Positions 37,592 through 49,130 of a stretch of 64,000 bases of DNA are shown here, piece by piece. This stretch comes from Glaucostegus cemiculus. Taxonomy: Eukaryota. Below the pieces are notes generated by a model. The model searched no databases and was not told the DNA's origin. It saw only the letters and a program-made list of their open reading frames with translations. The translations under genes and the position numbers were made by a program. The stretch is from NCBI GenBank assembly GCA_976551045.1, contig CDPCPM010000106.1, forward strand, positions 22,382,001 through 22,446,000, written 5' to 3'. Numbering within the stretch: position 1 is the first letter of the stretch; each line of letters opens with the position of its first letter.

Positions 37592-37749
37592 GTGAGAATG
37601 TTAGAAATCTGAGGTGTGTCTCTGTTGGATATTCTAACCATTTTACTCCTGAATTAGATACCCATTGTTGGGAAGTAAATAATGATTGCATTTCTTATTG
37701 GTATGTCATTAAGGAAAAATGAAAAATACAGCATTATGTATTTTCATAA

Positions 37750-38075
37750 TTCTTTACAGCACGGTGGGTGACCATTTGGCCCATCAAATCTATGCCAGCT
37801 GTCAACACATTCCCATCAACCCCATTCTCCCACTTACCTCCCTGTAACTTAGTCTCTCACACACGCTTGTCAACTCCCCCAAATGTCCTGATTGCCACCT
37901 ACACTCGGAGTAATTTGCAGTAACCAATTAACCTTCCATCCAATATGACACGTCTTCGAACGTGAGAAGAAACCTACGTAGTCACAATGAAAATGTGCAG
38001 ACTCCACACAGACATTACTGGAGGCCAGGACTGAACTTGGATTGCTGGAACTGAGAGGCAGTGGTGCCACTGTCC
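37750..38075 (-). mobile_element. V-SINE (HE1-like)
   Basis: Same architecture as 35520-35840 (ccaattaacc..atgtgcagactccacacagaca..gaggccagga..ctggaactgagaggcag). Confidence 0.8.
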
Positions 38076-38249
38076 CTCCCGGTAGAACCCCCACCCACCC
38101 AAATAAAATTACAAGGATGTTGTGCCCATACAGTCACAGAAAGAATGTTTGCACATATTGACTCAATAGTCTGATCCACAGTCATGTCCTGGAATCTGCA
38201 ATGAGATGTAAATAGTGTAGCTTTCACCAACACCATTATAATGGGGAAA

Positions 38250-38700
38250 TCTCATAGAACTAAGTCACAGAATGGTTACAGCGCAGAAGATGGTTACAGC
38301 GCAGAAGAAGGCCATTTAGCCCATCGTGTCCATGCCAGCACTCTGCAGAGGTGTTCAGTAGTTCCACACCCTGGCTATTTCTCTGTGACCTTGCAAATTT
38401 TTCATCAACATATATTTATCCAATTCTGCCCTGACAGTCACAGTGGAACCTGACTCCATGTTCAAGATTCCAAACACACACCATGAGCTTAAAAAAAGGT
38501 TTTCTCTTATATCATAATTAATTCTTTTCCCTTTAATTATGCCCTGTGACCTCTAATTCTTGACCCCTCCACCAACAGAAATACCCTCTCATCCACTTTG
38601 TCAACACCACTCATCATTTTGTACAATTTAGAAATTGTGGCTTCCATAATATAGGATTTTGTTTTTAAAAGAAGCAATAGTCCCTGCAGAATACCACTAC
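38250..38700 (-). mobile_element. CR1 LINE 3' end with an internal 18-bp tandem duplication
   Basis: The minus strand reads KLYKMMSGVDKVD..F.LVEGSRIRGH. (atggttacagcgcagaag)x2 at 38272-38307. Confidence 0.75.
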
Positions 38701-39363
38701 TCCCCTTTCTCCTGTCCAAAAAGTAATTGTCTGAAGCAACCACTGGTGCACGCACATATGCAATTATCCAAATATACTGTCCGTGTTTCCTTGCTTTTCC
38801 TTGGTGTGCTGTTTTATACTCTTCTCCAATATAAGCTTCAGAAATCCATCCGCCAGTGCAAATTGCATATATTTAAAAACTATTCCTACTGTTTAGCTAA
38901 AATGCCCTGAAAATGTTTTGTGGGTGTAATGTGTAAGAGTTAATTAAATACTAAATCTAATTATAGCTTAACCTCTTTAGCCCTAAAGATAAACATTTCA
39001 AAATTCTATGGATTTTAACTTTATTACAGTGTTTGCTATTTCAGCGTCCACCTCAATCTTGTTTGAACATCTTCACTTGTCAATTTAAAAATTAAAGTTT
39101 AATTTGATCTGCTGTGCAAATTCTTCAATATTATTGGCTGGTCATACTGATGACATGATTATCACTGGATAGCTTGATACCCCAGAAGTGATGCCCAGCA
39201 GTAACTGACACTGAGATAGGTGAAATTCACATCACCCATATCATTTAGACTTTTGGGGGTAGCTTACTTTGAGGTCAGTAATGAAAGCCATTGTTTTGTC
39301 TCTGATTCTTTTAAAACAACAGGTAAATCACATTTGCTCACTGACTCATTCAACTTTTTGTAG

Positions 39364-39599
39364 AACTTGCAGAAATCCAGCAGAATGTCTCCGATGTGAA
39401 CCATAATTATAAAACCCTTGGTAATATGCTAAAGGAATGTCAGGACCACCTAATGGCCACACTTAACCAAATGCAGGAGGTGCAGGAAGAAACTGCTTCC
39501 ATCATGAACTGGTTGGAATTAAAAGAACAGACTTTAACCTCTTTAAGTTCATCATCAATCAAAACACAAGCAATGAAGGAGCAAGTGGAGCAAAACAAG
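39364..39599 (+). CDS. MACF1: MACF1 exon (ELAEIQQNVSDVN...EQNK), 236 nt, phase 1-0
   Basis: ttttgtag|AA and AAG|GTGATT. Matches human DLTEIQCDMSDVNLKY. Confidence 0.92.
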
Positions 39600-40329
39600 G
39601 TGATTTTTTAAAAAATAAGTGTGATGTAGATTCCAGAAGGATAATGCCACAGTTAAAATGAACCAGCTGATTTTCAACTTGTGAGTAGCTTGAGTATTTT
39701 TCAAGTATCCTATTTGACAGGGAAAAGGGAAACTTAGGAATTGGTCACGATGACTAGTACCGGAAGAAGTTTCCTTTGTTGGTTTGAGTTGAACAAAATT
39801 AGAAGAGTGTATAATTTCTTTTAAAATGGGAGAAGGAGAGGCTACAATTAATCATCTATTGTATTGAATACTGTGTCTCCTGTGTTCTCCAGACCACGAG
39901 ATAATGTCACGTTGTTCATCTGGAGACCTGAATTTTCATTACCATTAAAAATAAACAATTGCCTTTAATTCAAAAGCAAATTAAGTTGGAATTATTTTCA
40001 CTTTTCAAATATTGTCAGAATGATGGAAGAAATGGGGGGGTGGAATTATGGTGAATTTCTTAAATCTTAATAAGCTCTAGAAAAATTCCACTTATATTCC
40101 AAGTTTTAAAACAAAAGTGTATAGTTCATATAAAAGAAGAATTGCATTTTGAAATCAATAATGAACACTTGATTCTTGAAGAGCAAACAGATTAACAAAA
40201 AGCATGCAATGAATTGACCAAATACAGGACGCAGTGGGTGAATGTTACAGATAATGAACCCAATGTTGCGTATTAATCAAAGCACATTTGCAAAGTTGTT
40301 GTAAATCACTGAACTTCTCTTTTGTTTAG

Positions 40330-40459
40330 GCCTATCTTGCTGAGCTTGAACAGAATTCTGGTAAGATTGATAAACTTAAAGGAGCATTGAAAGACTTACT
40401 GAAGAAAAATCCAGACTCACCAGAAGCCAAGAAATGGACAGAAATGCTCGAACACATAG
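40330..40459 (+). CDS. MACF1: MACF1 exon (AYLAELEQNSGKI...PDSPEAKKW...HI), 130 nt, phase 0-1
   Basis: tgtttag|GCC and G|GTAAAA. Matches human AFLAELEQNSPKI. Not in the ORF track. Confidence 0.93.
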
Positions 40460-41854
40460 GTAAAACCAGTGCTATTCTCATACCAATATTCCAGTTTATG
40501 GGATGGGAAGCTTTGCACTAACAAATTAAGAAGCAGATTGCAAGAGAGCTGTCATGAGATCTGAACCATTACTTTTGTAAAGGATAAGCACCAAAGGGAT
40601 AAGTTGTTCTAAAGGTCCTGTGGGGAAATTTAATCTTGATCAAGCAGGAAGAAATTAAGAGAAACTAAATGACTCTGGTAATCCATGAAAAACTTATTGC
40701 AAATTGTTATAAATAATTAAAAATTCTTAAATATCAAATAGATACCTGTTTCCTGTAGCACTCCAAACGCGACTTCTGTTTTCAGAATAAGCAGAGATCA
40801 TGTTTTAAAGCCATTGATTCGTGGAAATCACAACACTCATGATTTCCCATAAAGGATGTCTGTTAAGTATCGAATTTTAATAGCCTCCTTTAATCCTTGT
40901 AATAAATTAATGTGACTCCATTATAATATATTTCATAAGTTTCTTCCACTCTCGAGAAAGAATTTCTATACTGAGGTATTCTATCTTTGTTCACTAGCGC
41001 TAGATGTCCCTATAGTATCAGCTCATTGCTATATTTCCTCTTTATACTCTGGTCCATGCCAGTCAGTAATTGTGTGGAACTGAATGTGGAAAGGTGAATA
41101 CAATCATTAGCCAACATTTTAGCACGAGCAATCTAGTATCTCTTTTTTTTAATCTAGTTTCAAACTTGTCTGCTACCCTTGTGAGCAGTCTTGCTCACAA
41201 TGGAATATATTCAGCATTGATGTCCTATGTCTATAGCTTCCTACAAAAATTTTAATTTTTGACATCGAAGGATATATTGTTTTAAAGTGTTTTCAGATTA
41301 TAAAAATAACTCCTGAGCTCTACATAATGTAAATCATTTCTAGATTATTTACTGCAAAGAAAATAGCGTGATTTTACTTCCCTCCAAGTTGTTGTTAATG
41401 TACACATGAAGAAAAGCATACTCCTGAAGTAAGGAATTTTTCAAAATTACATTTGAAGGGCCAAGATTCCATATTTAAATAATGCCAAGTTAGGACTCTA
41501 GTGCACATGTTGAGAGAAGAAATTGACCAGAGTGGAATGACTGCAGTTTTCTAAATTATCAAATCCTGAAAGTCATTGTGGGGTGTTCAATTCTAAATGT
41601 TAGTTTGGAGCTTCCAGTTTGCTTTATAACTTATGTTAACTACTTGGGTTAAAGTATGATTTAAACTCTTATGATAAAGACAATTTTAAAATCAGTTAAC
41701 ATTATGGAATTGCAAATTTTTCAATCATTTTGCATTGTATTGATGGTAAGCACAAAATGTCTTAATATGGCAAAATCAGAAGGATGAACCATTATGTATA
41801 ATACTGCATGAAATTTTTCTCAGCATAAATTATCATTGTTATTCATGTTTTTAG

Positions 41855-42054
41855 AGTCAAAGTGGGCTCGTGCCAATCAGGCAATAACTGAAAGGCAACA
41901 AAAGCTAGAAGAATCAGCAGATCTTCTTTCAAGTTTCCAGAGCACAGAAGCACAGCTCAGTCCATGGTTATCAGAAAAGGAGTTAATGATGAGTGTACTG
42001 GGTCCTCTATCAATTGATCCAAATATGCTACGTGCTCAGAAACAACAAGTGCAG
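41855..42054 (+). CDS. MACF1: MACF1 exon (ESKWARAN...[27 protein letters not shown]), 200 nt, phase 1-0
   Basis: ttttag|AG and CAG|GTAATA. Near-identical to the human motif. Confidence 0.96.
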
Positions 42055-42849
42055 GTAATATTAACAAAAAAGAGTAAACAAGAACTGGAAATGTTTTTTG
42101 GGTATTGCTTGGCTTTTAACTGCAGTATGAAGGAAGGACTACTGTTGAATGGTTTACAAAATACGAATATGGGTAGATGACACATCTTGTGATTCATGAA
42201 AACATTTTGCTTGTGCTTCCATACACAAGATGCCTCAATTCAAGTATGACTTCCCTGTTCATTCTTGCAGATGGCTTTGTATTCCGATGCTGGATCCATT
42301 CACAAAAACTGTGTTACCCTTGGTAGTTGCCTTGCCTCAAAAGCCGACCTGCTACATTGCCAGAGCCTTCTGGGTGCTAAATGGTAGCAAGCTGTGCTTG
42401 GCAGGCATATAAATCTGTGTTAGCTGGCAACACTGTAGACTGTTGCCTTCTTGCACAGCATTTAAAGACATTATGTGGCCTCTGCCTGTGCCATGATGAA
42501 AACTGATGGGTACTATTGCCATGAGCTTGCTCTGCTGTGGCTGGATCTCCACCCACTGCATAATGTGTACCCAATGCCAATTGGCAAAGTGGAGCTCCAG
42601 GCAAAGTCCTGCAAAAGGTTGAAAAGAAAACTCTGCAATGCCTCTCAAGATCTCTCACCAGCTTTCACACAGGCTAGGCCATATGGCAAGAGCGTTCATT
42701 AGATCTACCTTGGCCTTCTCATTTAAGCTGCCTGATTAAGCCCTCATCTGAGGCCTGTGGGGTAGCACTGGTGTGCAATGTCAGTCCTTCTCCCTGGGGA
42801 GTTAGCACATTAGATACCCAAGGCCCCTGTCCTGGCTAGTTCACCAGCA

Positions 42850-43350
42850 CTGATCTCTCAACAAGTGGAATTAGCACTTCCATCACCATTCTCATTTTGA
42901 GGTGCAGGGATTGGAGCTGGTGTCGAATGGTATGCACTAGTATAGAGACTTCCCCATTGCAGTGGGCTGCTCAGCAATGGAGCTGTAGCTTGGGAACTGG
43001 GCAGTTTGGATTTTCTGTGATTCCATGTTAATAAAGGCATGATAGGGGAGGATGAGGGTAAAAGACATGCCATTGGATAGTCGGATGAGGGTGATGGGGT
43101 ATAAAAGAGCATGCCCTGATTCATAATAATTTCAGACTCTCCTTGTATCATTAATACCACAGAGTATACCTGTGATCTCCAGCTCAATTCTCCTTCCAAT
43201 GCATCAGTCACCAGGACAGGAAAGGGAGCAGCACTGGCACAGCTGGTAAACCAGACCGCCCTTGGCTCTTTGTCTATCATGAGTATGTCTGGGTTACCTC
43301 TACTAAATCTGGAGCCTTTTGTCCTGCCCAGTTATAGATCACTTACAGTT
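42850..43350 (-). mobile_element. Probable decayed LINE fragment (endonuclease region)
   Basis: Composition and fragments resemble the elasmobranch LINE seen at 20800-21100. No intact motif. Confidence 0.3.
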
Positions 43351-43736
43351 ATCAGTGGACACTAATACAAATGTAATTCACAATGACCTATAGTAGTGGT
43401 GCAAATTAGTAGTCATCGCCTTTTTCAAGAGCGGTTACTTTTTGGTAAGTTTTTACAGGTCCACAGCGTGTAATGACTAGAAATTAATGTACAATAATAG
43501 AAAAATCAAGGTTCTGCTCATATGCTCTGGCTTATCCAAAAACGTCTTTGCCTCCATCCTCCCCACACGTGCAGCACTCCTTTGGTGCAAGGATAAATGG
43601 ATAGTTGCCCAGGCAGAATCATATTTAGGAATAGAAGAATTTCTAGCCCACTATTATTCACTCATGTGCCATGGAAGATTAAATATGAATTTGTTCTCAC
43701 TGTCTCTAATTAATGTCTTTTTTTTGTTTGTGACAG

Positions 43737-44232
43737 TTCATGTTGAAGGAATTTGAGACTCGTAAACCCCAGTATGAGCAACTTAACCAAGCAGCAAGTG
43801 GCATACTCTGTGCAGCTGGTGATGTGTCTCCTTCTGACAGCCAGGTGAGAGACCAGCACAGAGCCATCAATGAAAAATGGGATAACCTTACTCACCAGCT
43901 CAGCAGTCGTTCTAATCAAATTGATCAGGCCACAGCCAAGAGTACAGAGTACCAAGAGTTACTGCAGAGACTCAGCGACAAAGTCAGGATCCTGAATAAT
44001 AAGTTAAACAGTCAATCAATGATCAGCACACAACCAGACATCGTCAAACAGCAACTCGAAGAAATCAGTGAAATCCGTTCAGATTTAGAACAGCAGAAGG
44101 AGCAGATTGAAGAAGCCCAAAATCTCTGTGATGACCTGTCCTCCCTTATTGGTGAACAGTATTTAAAGGATGAGCTTCGTAAGCGGCTGGATGCGGTCTT
44201 GATGCCATTTAATGGTCTTGAAGAGAGAGCAG
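43737..44232 (+). CDS. MACF1: MACF1 exon (FMLKEFETRK...GEQYLKDEL...EERA), 496 nt, phase 0-1
   Basis: tgacag|TTC and G|GTTGGT. Strong match to human MACF1. Confidence 0.96.
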
Positions 44233-45726
44233 GTTGGTATAAATGCTGCAGATTTATTTGCATTGTGCCAAAGAACAAGATCATGTAATTTCAAAATAAA
44301 TGAATCAATCCTACCAGGTGAAATAACAGTGAGCTTCTGTAATTTTTCATGTTTTGAACTTTTATTTCAGGAGCAATCCACTCTTCCATCAGTTTGTTAC
44401 TGAAACCCTGGTGTTAAAGAAGTTACTTGAAACATTTCTAATGGACTAATCCAGTACAGGCTAATACTGTAGCAGTACAATACCAATTGTACAGGCTAAG
44501 CTAATGCTTCAAGGATAAATCCTTATCTGAGCCTGAAAACTGCTCTTTAATTTACTCCCTAAAAATTATGTGCTGATAACTTTACCTTATTTCTATCACT
44601 ACATCTTGTCATTACTCTTTTTCCAATTGTTTTCACTTCTAGCTCCTGCAATTATTATTTCATATTGGTTCCCTGTTTCACCCTTTGCTTAGAAAGTTGA
44701 TATTTATGGGTTAAATCTGCTTTCTGGAATCTAAATAGACACCTACAGTGTGTGAACATTGAGGATGAGAGTAAATAGGCTGAGTAACTGTGGAGAACCT
44801 TGCTTTTAAAACCTGTTCTCATTTAACACCCATGCACCTGTACTTTCAAGTCACCAGAAAATGAGAACGTGTTCCAATCTTTTTCCCCTTTGTAGCTCAG
44901 ATGCACTAAAATATATTTATCATCCCAGTCACTCCCCAGATAATATCAATTAAATTAGCACAAAAATTCTGATTTGATCCTGGGATGTTCTGATCCATGT
45001 GTCAACGTGGTACTGAAAATTAAGAATCTTTATAATTTGGATTTTTGAACTGATTACTTTATTTCTATTTGAAATTTAGTTTTTAAGGAAATGAATACAA
45101 TCAGCTACACTTTCGCAGATTAAAAATCACACTTTTCTGCAGAGAGTTTTGGTAAAGGATATATTTAACAATTAGTGAATGCTCATAAATGTCTTCATTG
45201 TATGTGCACTGCTAAAATAGTTGAAGGACATTATAGCCACATGATATAACAGCTTCCAGTCATGTGTGAATTAGGTGTCAAATGTTACCCATCATAATGC
45301 AGGAAAAATTAAATGGTTACTGTGCCAAACATTGAGAGCATCTGTAAGTCTCAACAAAACTCCATTAACTGGTTATTTAATTTAACCCAAAACTTGGTCT
45401 AACATATTCCTGATTATTTATGATAAATCAATAGACTACAGGCATTAAAGCATTCACATTATAATTTATGATACGTGGATTATTATTCTGAAGTTAAACT
45501 AGGGTATGGTCTTTTGAAACAAAAATGCCTGTTTTCTTTTGGCTAACATAGCTTCAGGTTATTCAGAATTGAATTGTTAGTGCTCACAAGTGTGAGAAAC
45601 AGTGGATCAAAAAGGATAAACTTATCCATAAATATTAAATAAATATTGCATTCTAAAGTTTGCTTTCAGTTTCAGATTACAGTGCTTCAGAAAATACACA
45701 TGTCCTTAATGATTTGTCATCTCCAG

Positions 45727-47198
45727 GTGATCGCATAAATCAGCTTCAAACAACTCTGGCCAGTTCTCAGCAGTTTCAACAAACCTTTGATGAACTCAGG
45801 CTGTGGCTAGATGGGAAATGCAGTGAGCATACGCGGAAACCTCTTGTGTCTGCAAACCTGGACACTTTACAATCTCAAATAAGTGAGCAGGAGGAGTTCC
45901 AAAAAAGTCTGAATCAGCATTCAGGCTCCTATGAGATGATCCTAGCTGAAGGAGAGTCTCTCGTTCGAAGTGCCCAAACAGGAGAAGAAAAGATGAATCT
46001 TCAGAGTCAGTTGTCAACTCTTAAAGGACAGTGGGATGAGCTATGGAAGCAGGCAGCAGTTAGACATTCCAAACTCAAAGACTGTGTTCAAAAAGCACAT
46101 AAGTACAGACAGTACATGGAAGATCTGCTCCCATGGATAGAAGAATGTGAATGTAAAGTGGAGGAACTAGAGATCACCATTGATCCAGCACAACTGAACT
46201 CCTCTTTAGCTAATGCAAAGGATCTACAACATGATGTGGAGAAACATCGTTCATTGCTGGAGATGATGAACACTGCTGCTGATATCCTTGTAGATTCCTG
46301 TCAGGTGGATGAAGAAGATATTAGAGACGAAAAGACAGATATAAACCAGAGGATGGACCTTGTTACAGAACAACTTCAAGCCAAAAGTGAATCAATTGAA
46401 GAAATGGCCCAAAGGCTGAAGGAGTTCCAGGATTCCCTGAAAAGCATTCAAATGAAGCTTGATGGTGCTAAACAACAGCTTGAAATATATGATGCTCTTG
46501 GATCACAGGCCTACAGTAATAAGAACCTGGAAAAGTTGAGGACACGCCAGGAAGCTCTTCAGATCTTAGAATCACAAGTAGAATACCTGAGAGACCTGGC
46601 TCGAGGACTGGTAGAGGACATCCCAGATGGTGCAGATTCATCACAGCTCCTACAGCAAGCAGAATTAGTTCAGCAAGAGTATGGCAATGTAAAACAGAGA
46701 GTGGATGAAAGCTGTTTGGCAATGGAAAACAGACTTCAAGGAATCGGACATTTCCAGAACCGTATTCGGGAAATGTTTTCTCATCTTGCGGATTTGGATG
46801 ACGAATTGGACAGCATGAGCCCTATTGGGAGAGACCTGGACAGTCTGCAGTCACAAACTGATGATATTAAGCAGTTTATGAGCAAGCTTAAAAAACTAAA
46901 GAAAGATATTGAAACTTCAGAAGAAGAATGCAAGCAGATGCTAGAGGTGGAAGGCAGTCCAGATCTGCAAGGACTGAAACGAGAGCTTGAAGCCTTGAAC
47001 AAGCAATGTGGTAAATTACTTGAACGCGGAAGAAACAGACAAGAGCAAGTAGAGATGACTGTGGGACGTGTTGAAGATTTCTATGAAAAACTCAAAGAAT
47101 TAAATAATCTTCTTACCAAAACAGAAGAGGGTGAAGAATTGCAGGGAAATGTGGGTACAGAAGTTGATATTATCAATCAGCAACTGGCAGACTTTAAG
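45727..47198 (+). CDS. MACF1: MACF1 large spectrin-repeat exon (GDRINQLQ...INQQLADFK), 1472 nt, phase 1-0
   Basis: ctccag|GT and AAG|GTAAGA. About 490 codons colinear with human MACF1. Confidence 0.97.
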
Positions 47199-47964
47199 GT
47201 AAGATTTGTTTACTTCAGCCCATGGCACTTCTTTGAACTTCCCTAAGTGATAAGTTATAACTTTGTTTAAAATTTTGTAATTCAATGATTATTCAAATAT
47301 ATCCCTTTATAGTCTATGTATTTACATTTATGTGTGGTATTGTGCCTGTAAAGACAAAATCTTAAGTGTCACTAGTTATGATGTAGTGTTTAAACTTGTT
47401 TTTGTGGCAATGTCTGCAATGAAAATCATTATGCCTCTCAAAGCCAGCTATTCCAATTGGCTGGAACTTCAGGTCTAGATGGTGTGTATCATTTGCATAT
47501 TGTGCACAGGAATTTTCACAAAACAAACATTAATACTAGCTCAAAGCATGGAGTTGTATGGATCATACAGGTATCCCCAAGGTGGGAAGTCAAAGTAAAT
47601 ACTTGAAGGAAGCCAGGGGCAATATTTTTAGAGGACATAGGCTGGAAGCAGCAATTTGCAAGTAGGAGGAGGAGAAGCAGAGTAGTACTTGATATTGAGG
47701 GAGTGAAAGCTAAATCAGCACTATGGGGAGAGAAGGCCAAAGATAAGAATAGGTAGATTTGTAAGAAGGGTAGAAAATGCCCAAGGCAGCAAAAAGGAAG
47801 AAATCACAGAAGTTACTGATGCTGAAGAGTTTTATGCAGGATTATGTTTTAGAAGTTTGTGGTTTTCAGTAAATATCCTCTTCAGTTCTTCCTTGAATTT
47901 ACATCTTTTGGCACTGGCCATCTTTGCATTTCTCCCCCTTCCTTTGCCACATCTTTGTGTTGGT

Positions 47965-48672
47965 GCTTCATAAAATCAAAGAATAATGTGGCATGGAAGA
48001 AGCCATCCAGGCCTTCCCATTGAAAGTGCTATCAAATATCCGTGTTCCCCTCTCCTTTCCCATATAACCCGAAAATGTTTCCACTGGAAACATTTTTTTG
48101 CATGTTTTTATTGAACCTACTTCCACCATCCTTTCAGGCAGTGCATTTCCGATGCTGCACAAAGGTTTTTGATATCACTACTGGTTCTTTTGCCAGTTAG
48201 CCTAGTCACTGAAAACTGTTTCTTTTATGATGACTTTGAACACCTATACCAAATCGCTTTTTAACCTTCTCTGTTCAAAGAAGAGCAACTCTAGTTTCTC
48301 TCATCTTTCCTTGGTGGCATCTTAATGTGTATGCAAAATGGCCCCAGCTGAGGCCTAATATGCATTAGCATAGCTTATTTTCATATGTGCTCTATTAATA
48401 TTACCAAATATCTTGTAAAACTTTTTAAACATAATTTTCAGTCTTGAGGACTTCTAAATGTCAACCCCCAGATATTTTTCTTTTACTACACCTCCTTTAA
48501 AATTCTATCATTAAACTGTACTGCCTTCTATGGAGGTGAATCATTTTGTTGTTAAATTTCACCTGTTTAGCATCTTCCTGTTTCACTAATCTACATCCTT
48601 CTGAAATCTGCTCCTGTCCTTGCAGTTTAGTTTGTTTCCAGGTACCTGCAGACTTTGAAATTAGTTCCTGTA
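47965..48672 (-). mobile_element. CR1 LINE 3' part
   Basis: The minus strand gives NALPERMVEVGSIKT and ISKSAG..KL..QVKFN (CR1 RT/3' motifs), with a typical CR1 tail at 47965-48010. Confidence 0.75.
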
Positions 48673-48674
48673 TA

Positions 48675-48964
48675 CAGACCATCCCCAGTAACGAATGGGT
48701 TCCAGTTTTACAGGCATCCTTAAATCAATTTTTGTCCATAAGTCAGAACACAAAAATCACTATCTGGTAACCATACCTTCACAGTATTGTAATGAATAGC
48801 ATCAAAAACAAATAAGATTGATAAGAAAGAACAATTACTAAAAGTGGCAAGAAAGGAAATTAGTTCTACTGTTTGTTGGACTTCTGAATTTAATAATATT
48901 ATGGGAGCTTAATCTTATGTACAAGTGTCCATAAATTGGGTGTTCATAACCCAGGGACAGCCTG
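48675..48964. mobile_element. Tigger/pogo-like MITE with TA target-site duplication
   Basis: TA|CAGACCATCCCCAGTAACGAAT ... GTTCATAACCCAGGGACAGCCTG|TA form imperfect terminal inverted repeats. Confidence 0.6.
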
Positions 48965-48987
48965 TACTCGCGTCCATGTCAATGATA

Positions 48988-49130
48988 AATAGAGTCATAC
49001 AGCATGAAAACAGACTCTTCAGCCTATCAAGTCCACATCGATAATCGAGCATCCATTGTTGGAGTCATACATGACTCCAACAGTAATCCCGTTTTATTCT
49101 CCCACATTCTCATCAACTCCTCACAGGTTC
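48988..49130 (-). mobile_element. SINE 3' tail fragment (HE1-like)
   Basis: agagtcatacagcatgaaaacagactcttcagcc..taatccc.ttttattctccccacatt, as in the copy at 35520. Confidence 0.6.

Noticed and set aside
40992-41014. CTCF-like motif gcgctagatgtccctatag
   Set aside because: Several core mismatches; it cannot be supported without a PWM score or ChIP data.
45660-45726. N-terminal extensions of track ORFs (here and at other exons) as real start codons
   Set aside because: They are intronic read-through upstream of clear splice acceptors.
1-47198. Assignment to dystonin (DST/BPAG1) instead of MACF1
   Set aside because: Diagnostic peptides (CLEHDE.LVSYL, CTRLG.HL, LIMEIT.PD, GEQYLKDEL, DALGSQA.SNKNLEKLR) match recalled MACF1 better than DST.
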